Below, piece by piece: positions 15,001-30,000 of a stretch of 64,000 bases of DNA. This DNA comes from Eledone cirrhosa (Eukaryota). How positions within the stretch are numbered: position 1 is the stretch's first letter; the number at the start of each line of letters is the position of its first letter. The stretch lies in NCBI GenBank assembly GCA_964016885.1, contig OZ024756.1, positions 9,672,001-9,736,000 of the forward strand, in the 5' to 3' direction. A model generated the notes under the pieces. That model was given only the letters and a program-made list of their open reading frames with translations, was not told where the DNA came from and ran no database searches. The position numbers were made by a program, and so were the translations under genes.

Positions 15001-18000
15001 CTACTGTCCCTATCTCTCCACTGTCTCTATCTCTCTACTGTCTATATCTCTCTACTGTCTCTATCTCTCTATTGTTTCTATCTCTCTACTGTCTCTATCT
15101 CTCTACTGTCTCTATCTCTCTACTGTCTCTATCTCTCTGCTGTCTCTACCTCTCTACTGTCTCTATCTCTCTACTGTCTCTATCTCCCTACTGTCCCATT
15201 CTCTCTACTGTCTCTCTCTCTCTACTGTCTCTATCTCTCTACTGTCTCTATCTGTCTACTGTCTATATCTCTCTACAGTCTCTACCTCTCTACTGTCCTT
15301 ATCTCTCTACTATCTCTATCTCTCTACTGTCTATATCTCTCTACTGTCTCTATCTCTCTACTGTCTCTATCTCTCTACTGTCTCTACCTCTCTACTGTCC
15401 TTATCTCTCTACCGTCTCTATCTCTCTACTGTCTCTATCTCTCTTTCTATCTCTCTACTGTCTCTATCTCTCTACTGTCTCTATCTCTCTACAGTCTCTA
15501 TCTCTCTACTGTCTCTATCTCCCTACTGTCCCATTCTCTCTACTGTCTCTCTCTCCCTACTGTCTCTATGTCTCTACTGTCTCTATCTCTCTACTGTCTC
15601 TATCTGTCTACTGTCTCTAACTGTCTACTGTCTATATCTCTCTACTGTCTCTATCTCTCTACTGTCTCTATCTCTCTACTGTCTCTATCTCTCTACTGTC
15701 TCTACCTCTCTACTGTCTCTATCTCTCTACTGTCTCTATCTCTCTACTGTCTCTATCTCTCTACTGTCTCTACCTCTCTACTGTCTCTATCTCTCTACTG
15801 TCTCTATCTCTCTACTGTCTCTACCTCTCTACTGTCTCTATCTCTCTACTGTCTCTATCTCTCTACTGTCTCTATCTCTCTACTGTCTATATCTGTCTAC
15901 TGTCTCTACCCCTCCACTGTCTCTATCTCTCTACTGTCTCTATCTCTCTACTGACTCTATCTCTCTACTGTCTCTATCTCTCTACTGTCTCTATCTCTCT
16001 ACTGTCTCTATCTCTCTACTGTCTCTATCTCTCTACTGTTTCTATCTCTCTACTGTCTCTACCTCTCTACTGTCTATATCTCTCTACTGTCTCTATCACT
16101 CTAATGTCTCTACCTCTCTACTTTCTCTATCTCTCTACTGTCTATATCTCTCTACTGTCTCTACCTCTCTACTGTCTCTATCTCTCTACTGTCTCTATCT
16201 CTCTACTGTCTCTATCTCTCTACTGTCTATATCTCTCTACTGTCTCTATCTCTCTATCTCTCTACTGTCTCTATCTCTCTACTATCTCTATCTCTCTACT
16301 GTCTCTATCTCTCTACTGTCTCTAGCTCTCTACTGTCTCTATCTCTCTACTGTCTCTATCTCTCTACTGTTTCTATCTCTCTACTGTCTATATCTCTCTA
16401 CTGTCTCTACCCCTCTACTGTCTATATCTCTCTACTGTCTCTATCTCTCTACTGTCTATATCTCTCTACTGTCTCTACCCCTCTACTGTCTCTATCTCTC
16501 TACTGCCTCTATCTCTCTACTGTCTCTATCTGTCTACTGTCTATATCTCTCTACAGTCTCTACCTCTCTACTGTCCTTATCTCTCTACTATCTCTATCTC
16601 TCTACTGTCTATATCTCTCTACTGTCTCTATCTCTCTACTGTCTCTATCTCTCTACTGTCCTTATCTCTCTACTATCTCTATCTCTCTACTGTCTATATC
16701 TCTCTACTGTCTATATCTCTCTACTGTCTCTACCTCCCTACTGTCTCTATGTCTCTACTGTCTCTATCTCTCTACTGTCTCTATCTGTCTACTGTCTCTA
16801 ACTGTCTACTGTCTCTATCTCTCTACTGTCTCTATCTCTCTACTGTTTCTATCTCTCTACTGTCTCTACCTCTCTACTGTCTATATCTCTCTACTGTCTC
16901 TATCACTCTACTGTCTCTACCTCTCTACTTTCTCTATCTCTCTACTGTCTATATCTCTCTACTGTCTCTACCTCTCTACTGTCTATATCTCTCTACTGTC
17001 TCTCTCTCTCTACTGTCCCTATCTCTCTATTGTCTCTATCTCTCTACTGTCTCTATCTCTCTACTGTCTCTATCTCTCTATTGTTTCTATCTCTCTACTC
17101 TCTCTATCTCTCTACTGTCTATCTCTCTACTGTCTCTATCTCTCTACTGTCTCTATCTCTCTACTGTCTCTACCTCTCTACTGTCTTTATCTCTCTACCA
17201 TCTCTATCTCTCTACTGTCTCTATCTCTCTATTGTTTCTATCTCTCTACTGTCTCTATCTCTCTACTGTCTCCATCTCTCCACTGTCTCTATCTCTCTGC
17301 TGTCTCTACCTCTCTACTGTCTCTATCTCTCTACTGTCCCTATCTCTCCACTGTCTCTATCTCTCTACTGTCTCTATCTCTCTACTGTCTCTATCTCTCC
17401 ACTGTCTCTATCTCTCTGCTGTCTCTACCTCTCTACTTTCTCTATCTCTCTACTGTCTCTATCTCTCTACTGTCTCTATCTCTTTACTGTCTGTATCTCT
17501 CTACTGTCTCTATCTCTCTACTGTCTCTATCTCTCTACTGTCTATATCTCTCTACTGTCTCTATCTCTCTATCTCTCTACTGTCTCTATCTCTCTACTGT
17601 CTATATCTCTCTACTGTCTCTATCTCTCTACTGTCTCTACCTCTCTACTGTCTCTATCTCTCTACTGTCTCTATCTCTCTACTGTCTCTATCTCTCTACT
17701 GTCTATATCTCTGTACTGTCTCTATCTCTCTATCTCTCTACTGTCTATATCTCTCTACTGTCTCTACCCCTCTACTGTCTCTATCTCTCTACTGTCTCTA
17801 TCTCTCTACTGTCTCTATCTCTCTACTGTCTCTATCTCTCTACTGTCTCTACCTCTCTACTGTCTATATCTCTCTACTGTCTCTATCTCTCTACTGTCTA
17901 TATCTCTCTACTGTCTCTACCCCTCTACTGTCTCTATCTCTCTACTGTCTCTATCTCTCTACTGTCTCTATCTCTCTACTGTCTATATCTCTCTACTGTC

Positions 18001-21000
18001 TCTACCCCTCTACTGTCTCTATCTCTCTACTGTCTCTATCTCCCTACTGTCTCTATCTCTCTACTGTCTCTATCTCTCTACTGTCTATATCTCTCTACTG
18101 TCTCTACCCCTCTACTGTCTCTATCTCTCTACTGTCTCTATCTCTCTACTGTCTCTATCTCTCTACTGTTTCTATCTCTCTACTGTCTCTACCTCTCTAC
18201 TGTCTCTATCTCTCTACTGTCTCTATCTCTCTACTGTCTCCATCTCTCTACTGTCTCTATCTCTCTACTGTCTCTACCTCTCTACTGTCTCTATTTCTCT
18301 ACTGTCTCTATCTCTCTACTGTCTCTATCTCTCTTCTGTCTCTATCTCTCTACTGTCTCTATCTCTCTACTGTCCCTATCTCTCTACTGTCTCTATCTCT
18401 CTACTGTCTCTATCTCTCTACTGTCTATCTCTCTATCGTTTCTATCTCTCTACTGTCTCTATCTCTCTACTATCTATCTCTCTACTGTCTCTATCTCTCC
18501 ACTGTCTCTACCTCTCTACTATCTCGATCTCTCTACTGTCTCTATCTCTCTACTGTCTCTATCCCTCTACTGTCTCTACCTCTCTACTTTCTCTATCTCT
18601 CTACTGTCTCTATCTCTCTACTGTCTATATCTCTCTACTGTCTCTACCCCTCTACTGTCTCTATCTCTCTACTGTCTCTATCTCTCTAATGTCTCTATCT
18701 CTCTACTGTCTATATCTCTCTACTGTCTCTACCCCGCTACTGTCTCTATCTCTCTACTGTCTCTATCTCCCTACTGTCTCTATCTCTCTACTGTCTCTAT
18801 CTCTCTACTGTCTATATCTCTCTACTGTCTCTACCCCTCTACTGTCTCTATCTCTCTACTGTCTCTATCTCTCTACTGTCTCTATCTCTCTACTGTCTCT
18901 ATCTCTCTACTGTCTCTACCTCTCTACTGTCTCTATTTCTCTACTGTCTCTATCTCTCTACTGTCTCTATCTCTCTTCTGTCTCTATCTCTCTACTGTCT
19001 CTATCTCTCTACTGTCCCTATCTCTCTACTGTCTCTATCTCTCTACTGTCTCTATCTCTCTACTGTCTCTATCTCTCTATCGTTTCTATCTCTCTACTGT
19101 CTCTATCTCTCTACTGTCTATCTCTCTACTGTCTCTATCTCTCCACTGTCTCTACCTCTCTACTATCTCGATCCCTCTACTGTCTCTACCTCTCTACTTT
19201 CTCTATCTCTCTAAAGTCTCTATCTCTCTACTGTCTATATCTCTCTACTGTCTCTGTCTCTCTACTGTCTCTATCTCTCTACTGTCTCTATCTCTCTACT
19301 GTCTCTATCTCTCTACTATCTATATCTCTCTACTGTCTCTACCCCTCTACTGTCTCTATCTCTCTACTGTCTCTATCTCTCTACTGTCTCTACCTCTCTA
19401 CTGTCTATATCTCTCTACTGTCTCTATCTCTCTACTGTCCCTATCTCTCTACTGTCTCTATCTCTCTACCGTATCTATCTCTCTACTGTCTCTATCTCTC
19501 TATTGTTTCTATCTCTCTACTGTCTCTATCTCTCTACTGTCTCTATTTCTCTACTGTCTCTATCTCTCTACTGTCTCTACCTCTCTACTATCTCTATCTC
19601 TCTACTGTCTCTATCTCTCTACTGTCTCTATCTCTCTAAGGTCTCTACCTCTCTACTGTCTCTATCTCTCTACTGTGTATATATCTCTACTGCCTCTATC
19701 TCTCTAGTGTCTCTATCTCTCTACTGTCTATATCTCTCTACTGTCTCTATCTCTCTAGTGTCTCTATCTCTTTACTGACTATATCTCTCTACTGTCTCTA
19801 TCTCTCTACTGTCTCTAACTCTCTACTGTCTCTATCTCTCTAATGTCTCTATCTCTCTACTGTCTCTATCTCTCTACTGTCTCTAACTCTCTACTGTCTC
19901 TATCTCTCTAATGTCTCTATCTCTCTACTGTCTCTAACTCTCTACTGTCTCTATCTCTCTAATGTCTCTATCTCTCTACTGTCTCTATCTCTCTACTGTC
20001 TCTATCTCTCTACTATCTCTATCTCTCTACTGTCTATATCTCTCTACTGCCTCTATCTCTCTACTGTCTATATCTCTCTACTGTCTCTATCTCTCTACTG
20101 TCTCTATCTCTCTACTGTCTCTACCTCTCTACTGTCTCTATCTCTCTACTGTCTCTATCTCTCTACCGTCTCTATCTCTCTACTGTCTCTATCACTCTAC
20201 TGTCTCTATCTCTCTACTGTCACTATCTCTCTACTGTCTCTACCTCTCTACTGTCTCTATCTCTCTACTGTCTCTATCTCTCTACTGTCTCTATCTCTCT
20301 ACTGTCTCTATCTCTCTATTGTCTCTATCTCTCTACTGTCTCTATCTCTCTACTGTCTCTATCTCTCTACTGTCTCTATCTCTCTACTGTCTCTATCTCT
20401 CTACTGTCTCTATCTCTCTATTGTTTCTATCTCTCTACTGTCTCTATCTCTGTACTGTCTCTATCTCTGTACTGTCTCTATCTCTCTACTGTCTGTACCT
20501 CTCTACTATCTCTATCTCTGTACTGTCTCTATCTCTCTACTGTCTCTATCTCTCTACTGTCTCTACCTCTCTACTGTCTCTATCTCTCTACTGTCTCTAT
20601 CTCTCTACTGTCTCATTCTCTCTACTGTCTCTGTCTCTCTACTGTCTCTATCTCTCTACTGTCTCTATCTCTCTACTGTCTCTATCTCTCTACTGTCTCT
20701 ATCTGTCTACTGTCTATATCTCTCTACTGTCTCTACCTCTCTACTGTCTCTATCTCTCTACTGTCTCTACCCCTCTACTGTCTCTATCTCTCTACTGTCT
20801 CTATCTCCCTACTGTCTCTATCTCTCTACTGTCTCTATCTCTCTACTGTCTATATCTCTCTACTGTCTCTACCCCTCTACTGTCTCTATCTCTCTACTGT
20901 CTCTATCTCTCTACTGTCTCTATCTCTCTACTGTCTCTATCTCTCTACTGTCTCTACCTCTCTACTGTCTCTATCTCTCTACTGTCTCTATCTCTCTACT

Positions 21001-24000
21001 GTCTCCATCTCTCTACTGTCTCTACCTCTCTACTGTCTCTATTTCTCTACTGTCTCTATCTCTCTACTGTCTCTATCTCTCTTCTGTCTCTATCTCTCTA
21101 CTGTCTCTATCTCTCTACTGTCCCTATCTCTCTACTGTCTCTATCTCTCTACTGTCTCTATCTCTCTACTGTCTATCTCTCTATCGTTTCTATCTCTCTA
21201 CTGTCTCTATCTCTCTACTGTCTATCTCTCTACTGTCTCTATCTCTCCACTGTCTCTACCTCTCTACTGTCCCTATCTCTCTACTGTCTCTACCTCTCTA
21301 CTGTCTATATCTCTCTACTGTCTCTCTCTCTCTACTGTCCCTATCTCTCTATTGTCTCTATCTCTCTACTGTCTCTATCTCTCTACTGTCTCTATCTCTC
21401 TATTGTTTCTATCTCTCTACTCTCTCTATCTCTCTACTGTCTATCTCTCTACTGTCTCTATCTCTCTACTGTCTCTATCTCTCTACTGTCTCTACCTCTC
21501 TACTGTCTTTATCTCTCTACCATCTCTATCTCTCTACTGTCTCTATCTCTCTATTGTTTCTATCTCTCTACTGTCTCTATCTCTCTACTGTCTCCATCTC
21601 TCCACTGTCTCTATCTCTCTGCTGTCTCTACCTCTCTACTGTCTCTATCTCTCTACTGTCCCTATCTCTCCACTGTCTCTATCTCTCTACTGTCTCTATC
21701 TCTCTACTGTCTCTATCTCTCCACTGTCTCTATCTCTCTGCTGTCTCTACCTCTCTACTTTCTCTATCTCTCTACTGTCTCTATCTCTCTACTGTCTCTA
21801 TCTCTTTACTGTCTGTATCTCTCTACTGTCTCTATCTCTCTACTGTCTCTATCTCTCTACTGTCTATATCTCTCTACTGTCTCTATCTCTCTATCTCTCT
21901 ACTGTCTCTATCTCTCTACTGTCTATATCTCTCTACTGTCTCTATCTCTCTACTGTCTCTACCTCTCTACTGTCTCTATCTCTCTACTGTCTCTATCTCT
22001 CTACTGTCTCTATCTCTCTACTGTCTATATCTCTGTACTGTCTCTATCTCTCTATCTCTCTACTGTCTATATCTCTCTACTGTCTCTACCCCTCTACTGT
22101 CTCTATCTCTCTACTGTCTCTATCTCTCTACTGTCTCTATCTCTCTACTGTCTCTATCTCTCTACTGTCTCTACCTCTCTACTGTCTATATCTCTCTACT
22201 GTCTCTATCTCTCTACTGTCTATATCTCTCTACTGTCTCTACCCCTCTACTGTCTCTATCTCTCTACTGTCTCTATCTCTCTACTGTCTCTATCTCTCTA
22301 CTGTCTATATCTCTCTACTGTCTCTACCCCTCTACTGTCTCTATCTCTCTACTGTCTCTATCTCCCTACTGTCTCTATCTCTCTACTGTCTCTATCTCTC
22401 TACTGTCTATATCTCTCTACTGTCTCTACCCCTCTACTGTCTCTATCTCTCTACTGTCTCTATCTCTCTACTGTCTCTATCTCTCTACTGTTTCTATCTC
22501 TCTACTGTCTCTACCTCTCTACTGTCTCTATCTCTCTACTGTCTCTATCTCTCTACTGTCTCCATCTCTCTACTGTCTCTATCTCTCTACTGTCTCTACC
22601 TCTCTACTGTCTCTATTTCTCTACTGTCTCTATCTCTCTACTGTCTCTATCTCTCTTCTGTCTCTATCTCTCTACTGTCTCTATCTCTCTACTGTCCCTA
22701 TCTCTCTACTGTCTCTATCTCTCTACTGTCTCTATCTCTCTACTGTCTATCTCTCTATCGTTTCTATCTCTCTACTGTCTCTATCTCTCTACTATCTATC
22801 TCTCTACTGTCTCTATCTCTCCACTGTCTCTACCTCTCTACTATCTCGATCTCTCTACTGTCTCTATCTCTCTACTGTCTCTATCCCTCTACTGTCTCTA
22901 CCTCTCTACTTTCTCTATCTCTCTACTGTCTCTATCTCTCTACTGTCTATATCTCTCTACTGTCTCTACCCCTCTACTGTCTCTATCTCTCTACTGTCTC
23001 TATCTCTCTAATGTCTCTATCTCTCTACTGTCTATATCTCTCTACTGTCTCTACCCCGCTACTGTCTCTATCTCTCTACTGTCTCTATCTCCCTACTGTC
23101 TCTATCTCTCTACTGTCTCTATCTCTCTACTGTCTATATCTCTCTACTGTCTCTACCCCTCTACTGTCTCTATCTCTCTACTGTCTCTATCTCTCTACTG
23201 TCTCTATCTCTCTACTGTCTCTATCTCTCTACTGTCTCTACCTCTCTACTGTCTCTATTTCTCTACTGTCTCTATCTCTCTACTGTCTCTATCTCTCTTC
23301 TGTCTCTATCTCTCTACTGTCTCTATCTCTCTACTGTCCCTATCTCTCTACTGTCTCTATCTCTCTACTGTCTCTATCTCTCTACTGTCTCTATCTCTCT
23401 ATCGTTTCTATCTCTCTACTGTCTCTATCTCTCTACTGTCTATCTCTCTACTGTCTCTATCTCTCCACTGTCTCTACCTCTCTACTATCTCGATCCCTCT
23501 ACTGTCTCTACCTCTCTACTTTCTCTATCTCTCTAAAGTCTCTATCTCTCTACTGTCTATATCTCTCTACTGTCTCTGTCTCTCTACTGTCTCTATCTCT
23601 CTACTGTCTCTATCTCTCTACTGTCTCTATCTCTCTACTATCTATATCTCTCTACTGTCTCTACCCCTCTACTGTCTCTATCTCTCTACTGTCTCTATCT
23701 CTCTACTGTCTCTACCTCTCTACTGTCTATATCTCTCTACTGTCTCTATCTCTCTACTGTCCCTATCTCTCTACTGTCTCTATCTCTCTACCGTATCTAT
23801 CTCTCTACTGTCTCTATCTCTCTATTGTTTCTATCTCTCTACTGTCTCTATCTCTCTACTGTCTCTATTTCTCTACTGTCTCTATCTCTCTACTGTCTCT
23901 ACCTCTCTACTATCTCTATCTCTCTACTGTCTCTATCTCTCTACTGTCTCTATCTCTCTAAGGTCTCTACCTCTCTACTGTCTCTATCTCTCTACTGTGT

Positions 24001-27000
24001 ATATATCTCTACTGCCTCTATCTCTCTAGTGTCTCTATCTCTCTACTGTCTATATCTCTCTACTGTCTCTATCTCTCTAGTGTCTCTATCTCTTTACTGA
24101 CTATATCTCTCTACTGTCTCTATCTCTCTACTGTCTCTAACTCTCTACTGTCTCTATCTCTCTAATGTCTCTATCTCTCTACTGTCTCTATCTCTCTACT
24201 GTCTCTAACTCTCTACTGTCTCTATCTCTCTAATGTCTCTATCTCTCTACTGTCTCTAACTCTCTACTGTCTCTATCTCTCTAATGTCTCTATCTCTCTA
24301 CTGTCTCTATCTCTCTACTGTCTCTATCTCTCTACTATCTCTATCTCTCTACTGTCTATATCTCTCTACTGCCTCTATCTCTCTACTGTCTATATCTCTC
24401 TACTGTCTCTATCTCTCTACTGTCTCTATCTCTCTACTGTCTCTACCTCTCTACTGTCTCTATCTCTCTACTGTCTCTATCTCTCTACCGTCTCTATCTC
24501 TCTACTGTCTCTATCACTCTACTGTCTCTATCTCTCTACTGTCACTATCTCTCTACTGTCTCTACCTCTCTACTGTCTCTATCTCTCTACTGTCTCTATC
24601 TCTCTACTGTCTCTATCTCTCTACTGTCTCTATCTCTCTATTGTCTCTATCTCTCTACTGTCTCTATCTCTCTACTGTCTCTATCTCTCTACTGTCTCTA
24701 TCTCTCTACTGTCTCTATCTCTCTACTGTCTCTATCTCTCTATTGTTTCTATCTCTCTACTGTCTCTATCTCTGTACTGTCTCTATCTCTGTACTGTCTC
24801 TATCTCTCTACTGTCTGTACCTCTCTACTATCTCTATCTCTGTACTGTCTCTATCTCTCTACTGTCTCTATCTCTCTACTGTCTCTACCTCTCTACTGTC
24901 TCTATCTCTCTACTGTCTCTATCTCTCTACTGTCTCATTCTCTCTACTGTCTCTGTCTCTCTACTGTCTCTATCTCTCTACTGTCTCTATCTCTCTACTG
25001 TCTCTATCTCTCTACTGTCTCTATCTGTCTACTGTCTATATCTCTCTACTGTCTCTACCTCTCTACTGTCTCTATCTCTCTACTGTCTCTACCCCTCTAC
25101 TGTCTCTATCTCTCTACTGTCTCTATCTCCCTACTGTCTCTATCTCTCTACTGTCTCTATCTCTCTACTGTCTATATCTCTCTACTGTCTCTACCCCTCT
25201 ACTGTCTCTATCTCTCTACTGTCTCTATCTCTCTACTGTCTCTATCTCTCTACTGTCTCTATCTCTCTACTGTCTCTACCTCTCTACTGTCTCTATCTCT
25301 CTACTGTCTCTATCTCTCTACTGTCTCCATCTCTCTACTGTCTCTACCTCTCTACTGTCTCTATTTCTCTACTGTCTCTATCTCTCTACTGTCTCTATCT
25401 CTCTTCTGTCTCTATCTCTCTACTGTCTCTATCTCTCTACTGTCCCTATCTCTCTACTGTCTCTATCTCTCTACTGTCTCTATCTCTCTACTGTCTATCT
25501 CTCTATCGTTTCTATCTCTCTACTGTCTCTATCTCTCTACTGTCTATCTCTCTACTGTCTCTATCTCTCCACTGTCTCTACCTCTCTACTATCTCGATCT
25601 CTCTACTGTCTCTACCTCTCTACTGTCTTTATCTCTCTACCATCTCTATCTCTCTACTGTCTCTATCTCTCTATTGTTTCTATCTCTCTACTGTCTCTAT
25701 CTCTCTACTGTCTCCATCTCTCCACTGTCTCTATCTCTCTGCTGTCTCTACCTCTCTACTGTCTCTATCTCTCTACTGTCCCTATCTCTCCACTGTCTCT
25801 ATCTCTCTACTGTCTCTATCTCTCTACTGTCTCTATCTCTCCACTGTCTCTATCTCTCTGCTGTCTCTACCTCTCTACTTTCTCTATCTCTCTACTGTCT
25901 CTATCTCTCTACTGTCTCTATCTCTTTACTGTCTGTATCTCTCTACTGTCTCTATCTCTCTACTGTCTCTATCTCTCTACTGTCTATATCTCTCTACTGT
26001 CTCTATCTCTCTATCTCTCTACTGTCTCTATCTCTCTACTGTCTATATCTCTCTACTGTCTCTATCTCTCTACTGTCTCTACCTCTCTACTGTCTCTATC
26101 TCTCTACTGTCTCTATCTCTCTACTGTCTCTATCTCTCTACTGTCTATATCTCTGTACTGTCTCTATCTCTCTATCTCTCTACTGTCTATATCTCTCTAC
26201 TGTCTCTACCCCTCTACTGTCTCTATCTCTCTACTGTCTCTATCTCTCTACTGTCTCTATCTCTCTACTGTCTCTATCTCTCTACTGTCTCTACCTCTCT
26301 ACTGTCTATATCTCTCTACTGTCTCTATCTCTCTACTGTCTATATCTCTCTACTGTCTCTACCCCTCTACTGTCTCTATCTCTCTACTGTCTCTATCTCT
26401 CTACTGTCTCTATCTCTCTACTGTCTATATCTCTCTACTGTCTCTACCCCTCTACTGTCTCTATCTCTCTACTGTCTCTATCTCCCTACTGTCTCTATCT
26501 CTCTACTGTCTCTATCTCTCTACTGTCTATATCTCTCTACTGTCTCTACCCCTCTACTGTCTCTATCTCTCTACTGTCTCTATCTCTCTACTGTCTCTAT
26601 CTCTCTACTGTTTCTATCTCTCTACTGTCTCTACCTCTCTACTGTCTCTATCTCTCTACTGTCTCTATCTCTCTACTGTCTCCATCTCTCTACTGTCTCT
26701 ATCTCTCTACTGTCTCTACCTCTCTACTGTCTCTATTTCTCTACTGTCTCTATCTCTCTACTGTCTCTATCTCTCTTCTGTCTCTATCTCTCTACTGTCT
26801 CTATCTCTCTACTGTCCCTATCTCTCTACTGTCTCTATCTCTCTACTGTCTCTATCTCTCTACTGTCTATCTCTCTATCGTTTCTATCTCTCTACTGTCT
26901 CTATCTCTCTACTATCTATCTCTCTACTGTCTCTATCTCTCCACTGTCTCTACCTCTCTACTATCTCGATCTCTCTACTGTCTCTATCTCTCTACTGTCT

Positions 27001-30000
27001 CTATCCCTCTACTGTCTCTACCTCTCTACTTTCTCTATCTCTCTACTGTCTCTATCTCTCTACTGTCTATATCTCTCTACTGTCTCTACCCCTCTACTGT
27101 CTCTATCTCTCTACTGTCTCTATCTCTCTAATGTCTCTATCTCTCTACTGTCTATATCTCTCTACTGTCTCTACCCCGCTACTGTCTCTATCTCTCTACT
27201 GTCTCTATCTCCCTACTGTCTCTATCTCTCTACTGTCTCTATCTCTCTACTGTCTATATCTCTCTACTGTCTCTACCCCTCTACTGTCTCTATCTCTCTA
27301 CTGTCTCTATCTCTCTACTGTCTCTATCTCTCTACTGTCTCTATCTCTCTACTGTCTCTACCTCTCTACTGTCTCTATTTCTCTACTGTCTCTATCTCTC
27401 TACTGTCTCTATCTCTCTTCTGTCTCTATCTCTCTACTGTCTCTATCTCTCTACTGTCCCTATCTCTCTACTGTCTCTATCTCTCTACTGTCTCTATCTC
27501 TCTACTGTCTCTATCTCTCTATCGTTTCTATCTCTCTACTGTCTCTATCTCTCTACTGTCTATCTCTCTACTGTCTCTATCTCTCCACTGTCTCTACCTC
27601 TCTACTATCTCGATCCCTCTACTGTCTCTACCTCTCTACTTTCTCTATCTCTCTAAAGTCTCTATCTCTCTACTGTCTATATCTCTCTACTGTCTCTGTC
27701 TCTCTACTGTCTCTATCTCTCTACTGTCTCTATCTCTCTACTGTCTCTATCTCTCTACTATCTATATCTCTCTACTGTCTCTACCCCTCTACTGTCTCTA
27801 TCTCTCTACTGTCTCTATCTCTCTACTGTCTCTACCTCTCTACTGTCTATATCTCTCTACTGTCTCTATCTCTCTACTGTCCCTATCTCTCTACTGTCTC
27901 TATCTCTCTACCGTATCTATCTCTCTACTGTCTCTATCTCTCTATTGTTTCTATCTCTCTACTGTCTCTATCTCTCTACTGTCTCTATTTCTCTACTGTC
28001 TCTATCTCTCTACTGTCTCTACCTCTCTACTATCTCTATCTCTCTACTGTCTCTATCTCTCTACTGTCTCTATCTCTCTAAGGTCTCTACCTCTCTACTG
28101 TCTCTATCTCTCTACTGTGTATATATCTCTACTGCCTCTATCTCTCTAGTGTCTCTATCTCTCTACTGTCTATATCTCTCTACTGTCTCTATCTCTCTAG
28201 TGTCTCTATCTCTTTACTGACTATATCTCTCTACTGTCTCTATCTCTCTACTGTCTCTAACTCTCTACTGTCTCTATCTCTCTAATGTCTCTATCTCTCT
28301 ACTGTCTCTATCTCTCTACTGTCTCTAACTCTCTACTGTCTCTATCTCTCTAATGTCTCTATCTCTCTACTGTCTCTAACTCTCTACTGTCTCTATCTCT
28401 CTAATGTCTCTATCTCTCTACTGTCTCTATCTCTCTACTGTCTCTATCTCTCTACTATCTCTATCTCTCTACTGTCTATATCTCTCTACTGCCTCTATCT
28501 CTCTACTGTCTATATCTCTCTACTGTCTCTATCTCTCTACTGTCTCTATCTCTCTACTGTCTCTATCTCTCTACTGTCCCTATCTCTCTACTGTCTCTAT
28601 CTCTCTACTGTCTCTATCTCTCTACTGTCTATCTCTCTATCGTTTCTATCTCTCTACTGTCTCTATCTCTCTACTATCTATCTCTCTACTGTCTCTATCT
28701 CTCCACTGTCTCTACCTCTCTACTATCTCGATCTCTCTACTGTCTCTATCTCTCTACTGTCTCTATCCCTCTACTGTCTCTACCTCTCTACTTTCTCTAT
28801 CTCTCTACTGTCTCTATCTCTCTACTGTCTATATCTCTCTACTGTCTCTACCCCTCTACTGTCTCTATCTCTCTACTGTCTCTATCTCTCTAATGTCTCT
28901 ATCTCTCTACTGTCTATATCTCTCTACTGTCTCTACCCCGCTACTGTCTCTATCTCTCTACTGTCTCTATCTCCCTACTGTCTCTATCTCTCTACTGTCT
29001 CTATCTCTCTACTGTCTATATCTCTCTACTGTCTCTACCCCTCTACTGTCTCTATCTCTCTACTGTCTCTATCTCTCTACTGTCTCTATCTCTCTACTGT
29101 CTCTATCTCTCTACTGTCTCTACCTCTCTACTGTCTCTATTTCTCTACTGTCTCTATCTCTCTACTGTCTCTATCTCTCTTCTGTCTCTATCTCTCTACT
29201 GTCTCTATCTCTCTACTGTCCCTATCTCTCTACTGTCTCTATCTCTCTACTGTCTCTATCTCTCTACTGTCTCTATCTCTCTATCGTTTCTATCTCTCTA
29301 CTGTCTCTATCTCTCTACTGTCTATCTCTCTACTGTCTCTATCTCTCCACTGTCTCTACCTCTCTACTATCTCGATCCCTCTACTGTCTCTACCTCTCTA
29401 CTTTCTCTATCTCTCTAAAGTCTCTATCTCTCTACTGTCTATATCTCTCTACTGTCTCTGTCTCTCTACTGTCTCTATCTCTCTACTGTCTCTATCTCTC
29501 TACTGTCTCTATCTCTCTACTATCTATATCTCTCTACTGTCTCTACCCCTCTACTGTCTCTATCTCTCTACTGTCTCTATCTCTCTACTGTCTCTACCTC
29601 TCTACTGTCTATATCTCTCTACTGTCTCTATCTCTCTACTGTCCCTATCTCTCTACTGTCTCTATCTCTCTACCGTATCTATCTCTCTACTGTCTCTATC
29701 TCTCTATTGTTTCTATCTCTCTACTGTCTCTATCTCTCTACTGTCTCTATTTCTCTACTGTCTCTATCTCTCTACTGTCTCTACCTCTCTACTATCTCTA
29801 TCTCTCTACTGTCTCTATCTCTCTACTGTCTCTATCTCTCTAAGGTCTCTACCTCTCTACTGTCTCTATCTCTCTACTGTGTATATATCTCTACTGCCTC
29901 TATCTCTCTAGTGTCTCTATCTCTCTACTGTCTATATCTCTCTACTGTCTCTATCTCTCTAGTGTCTCTATCTCTTTACTGACTATATCTCTCTACTGTC

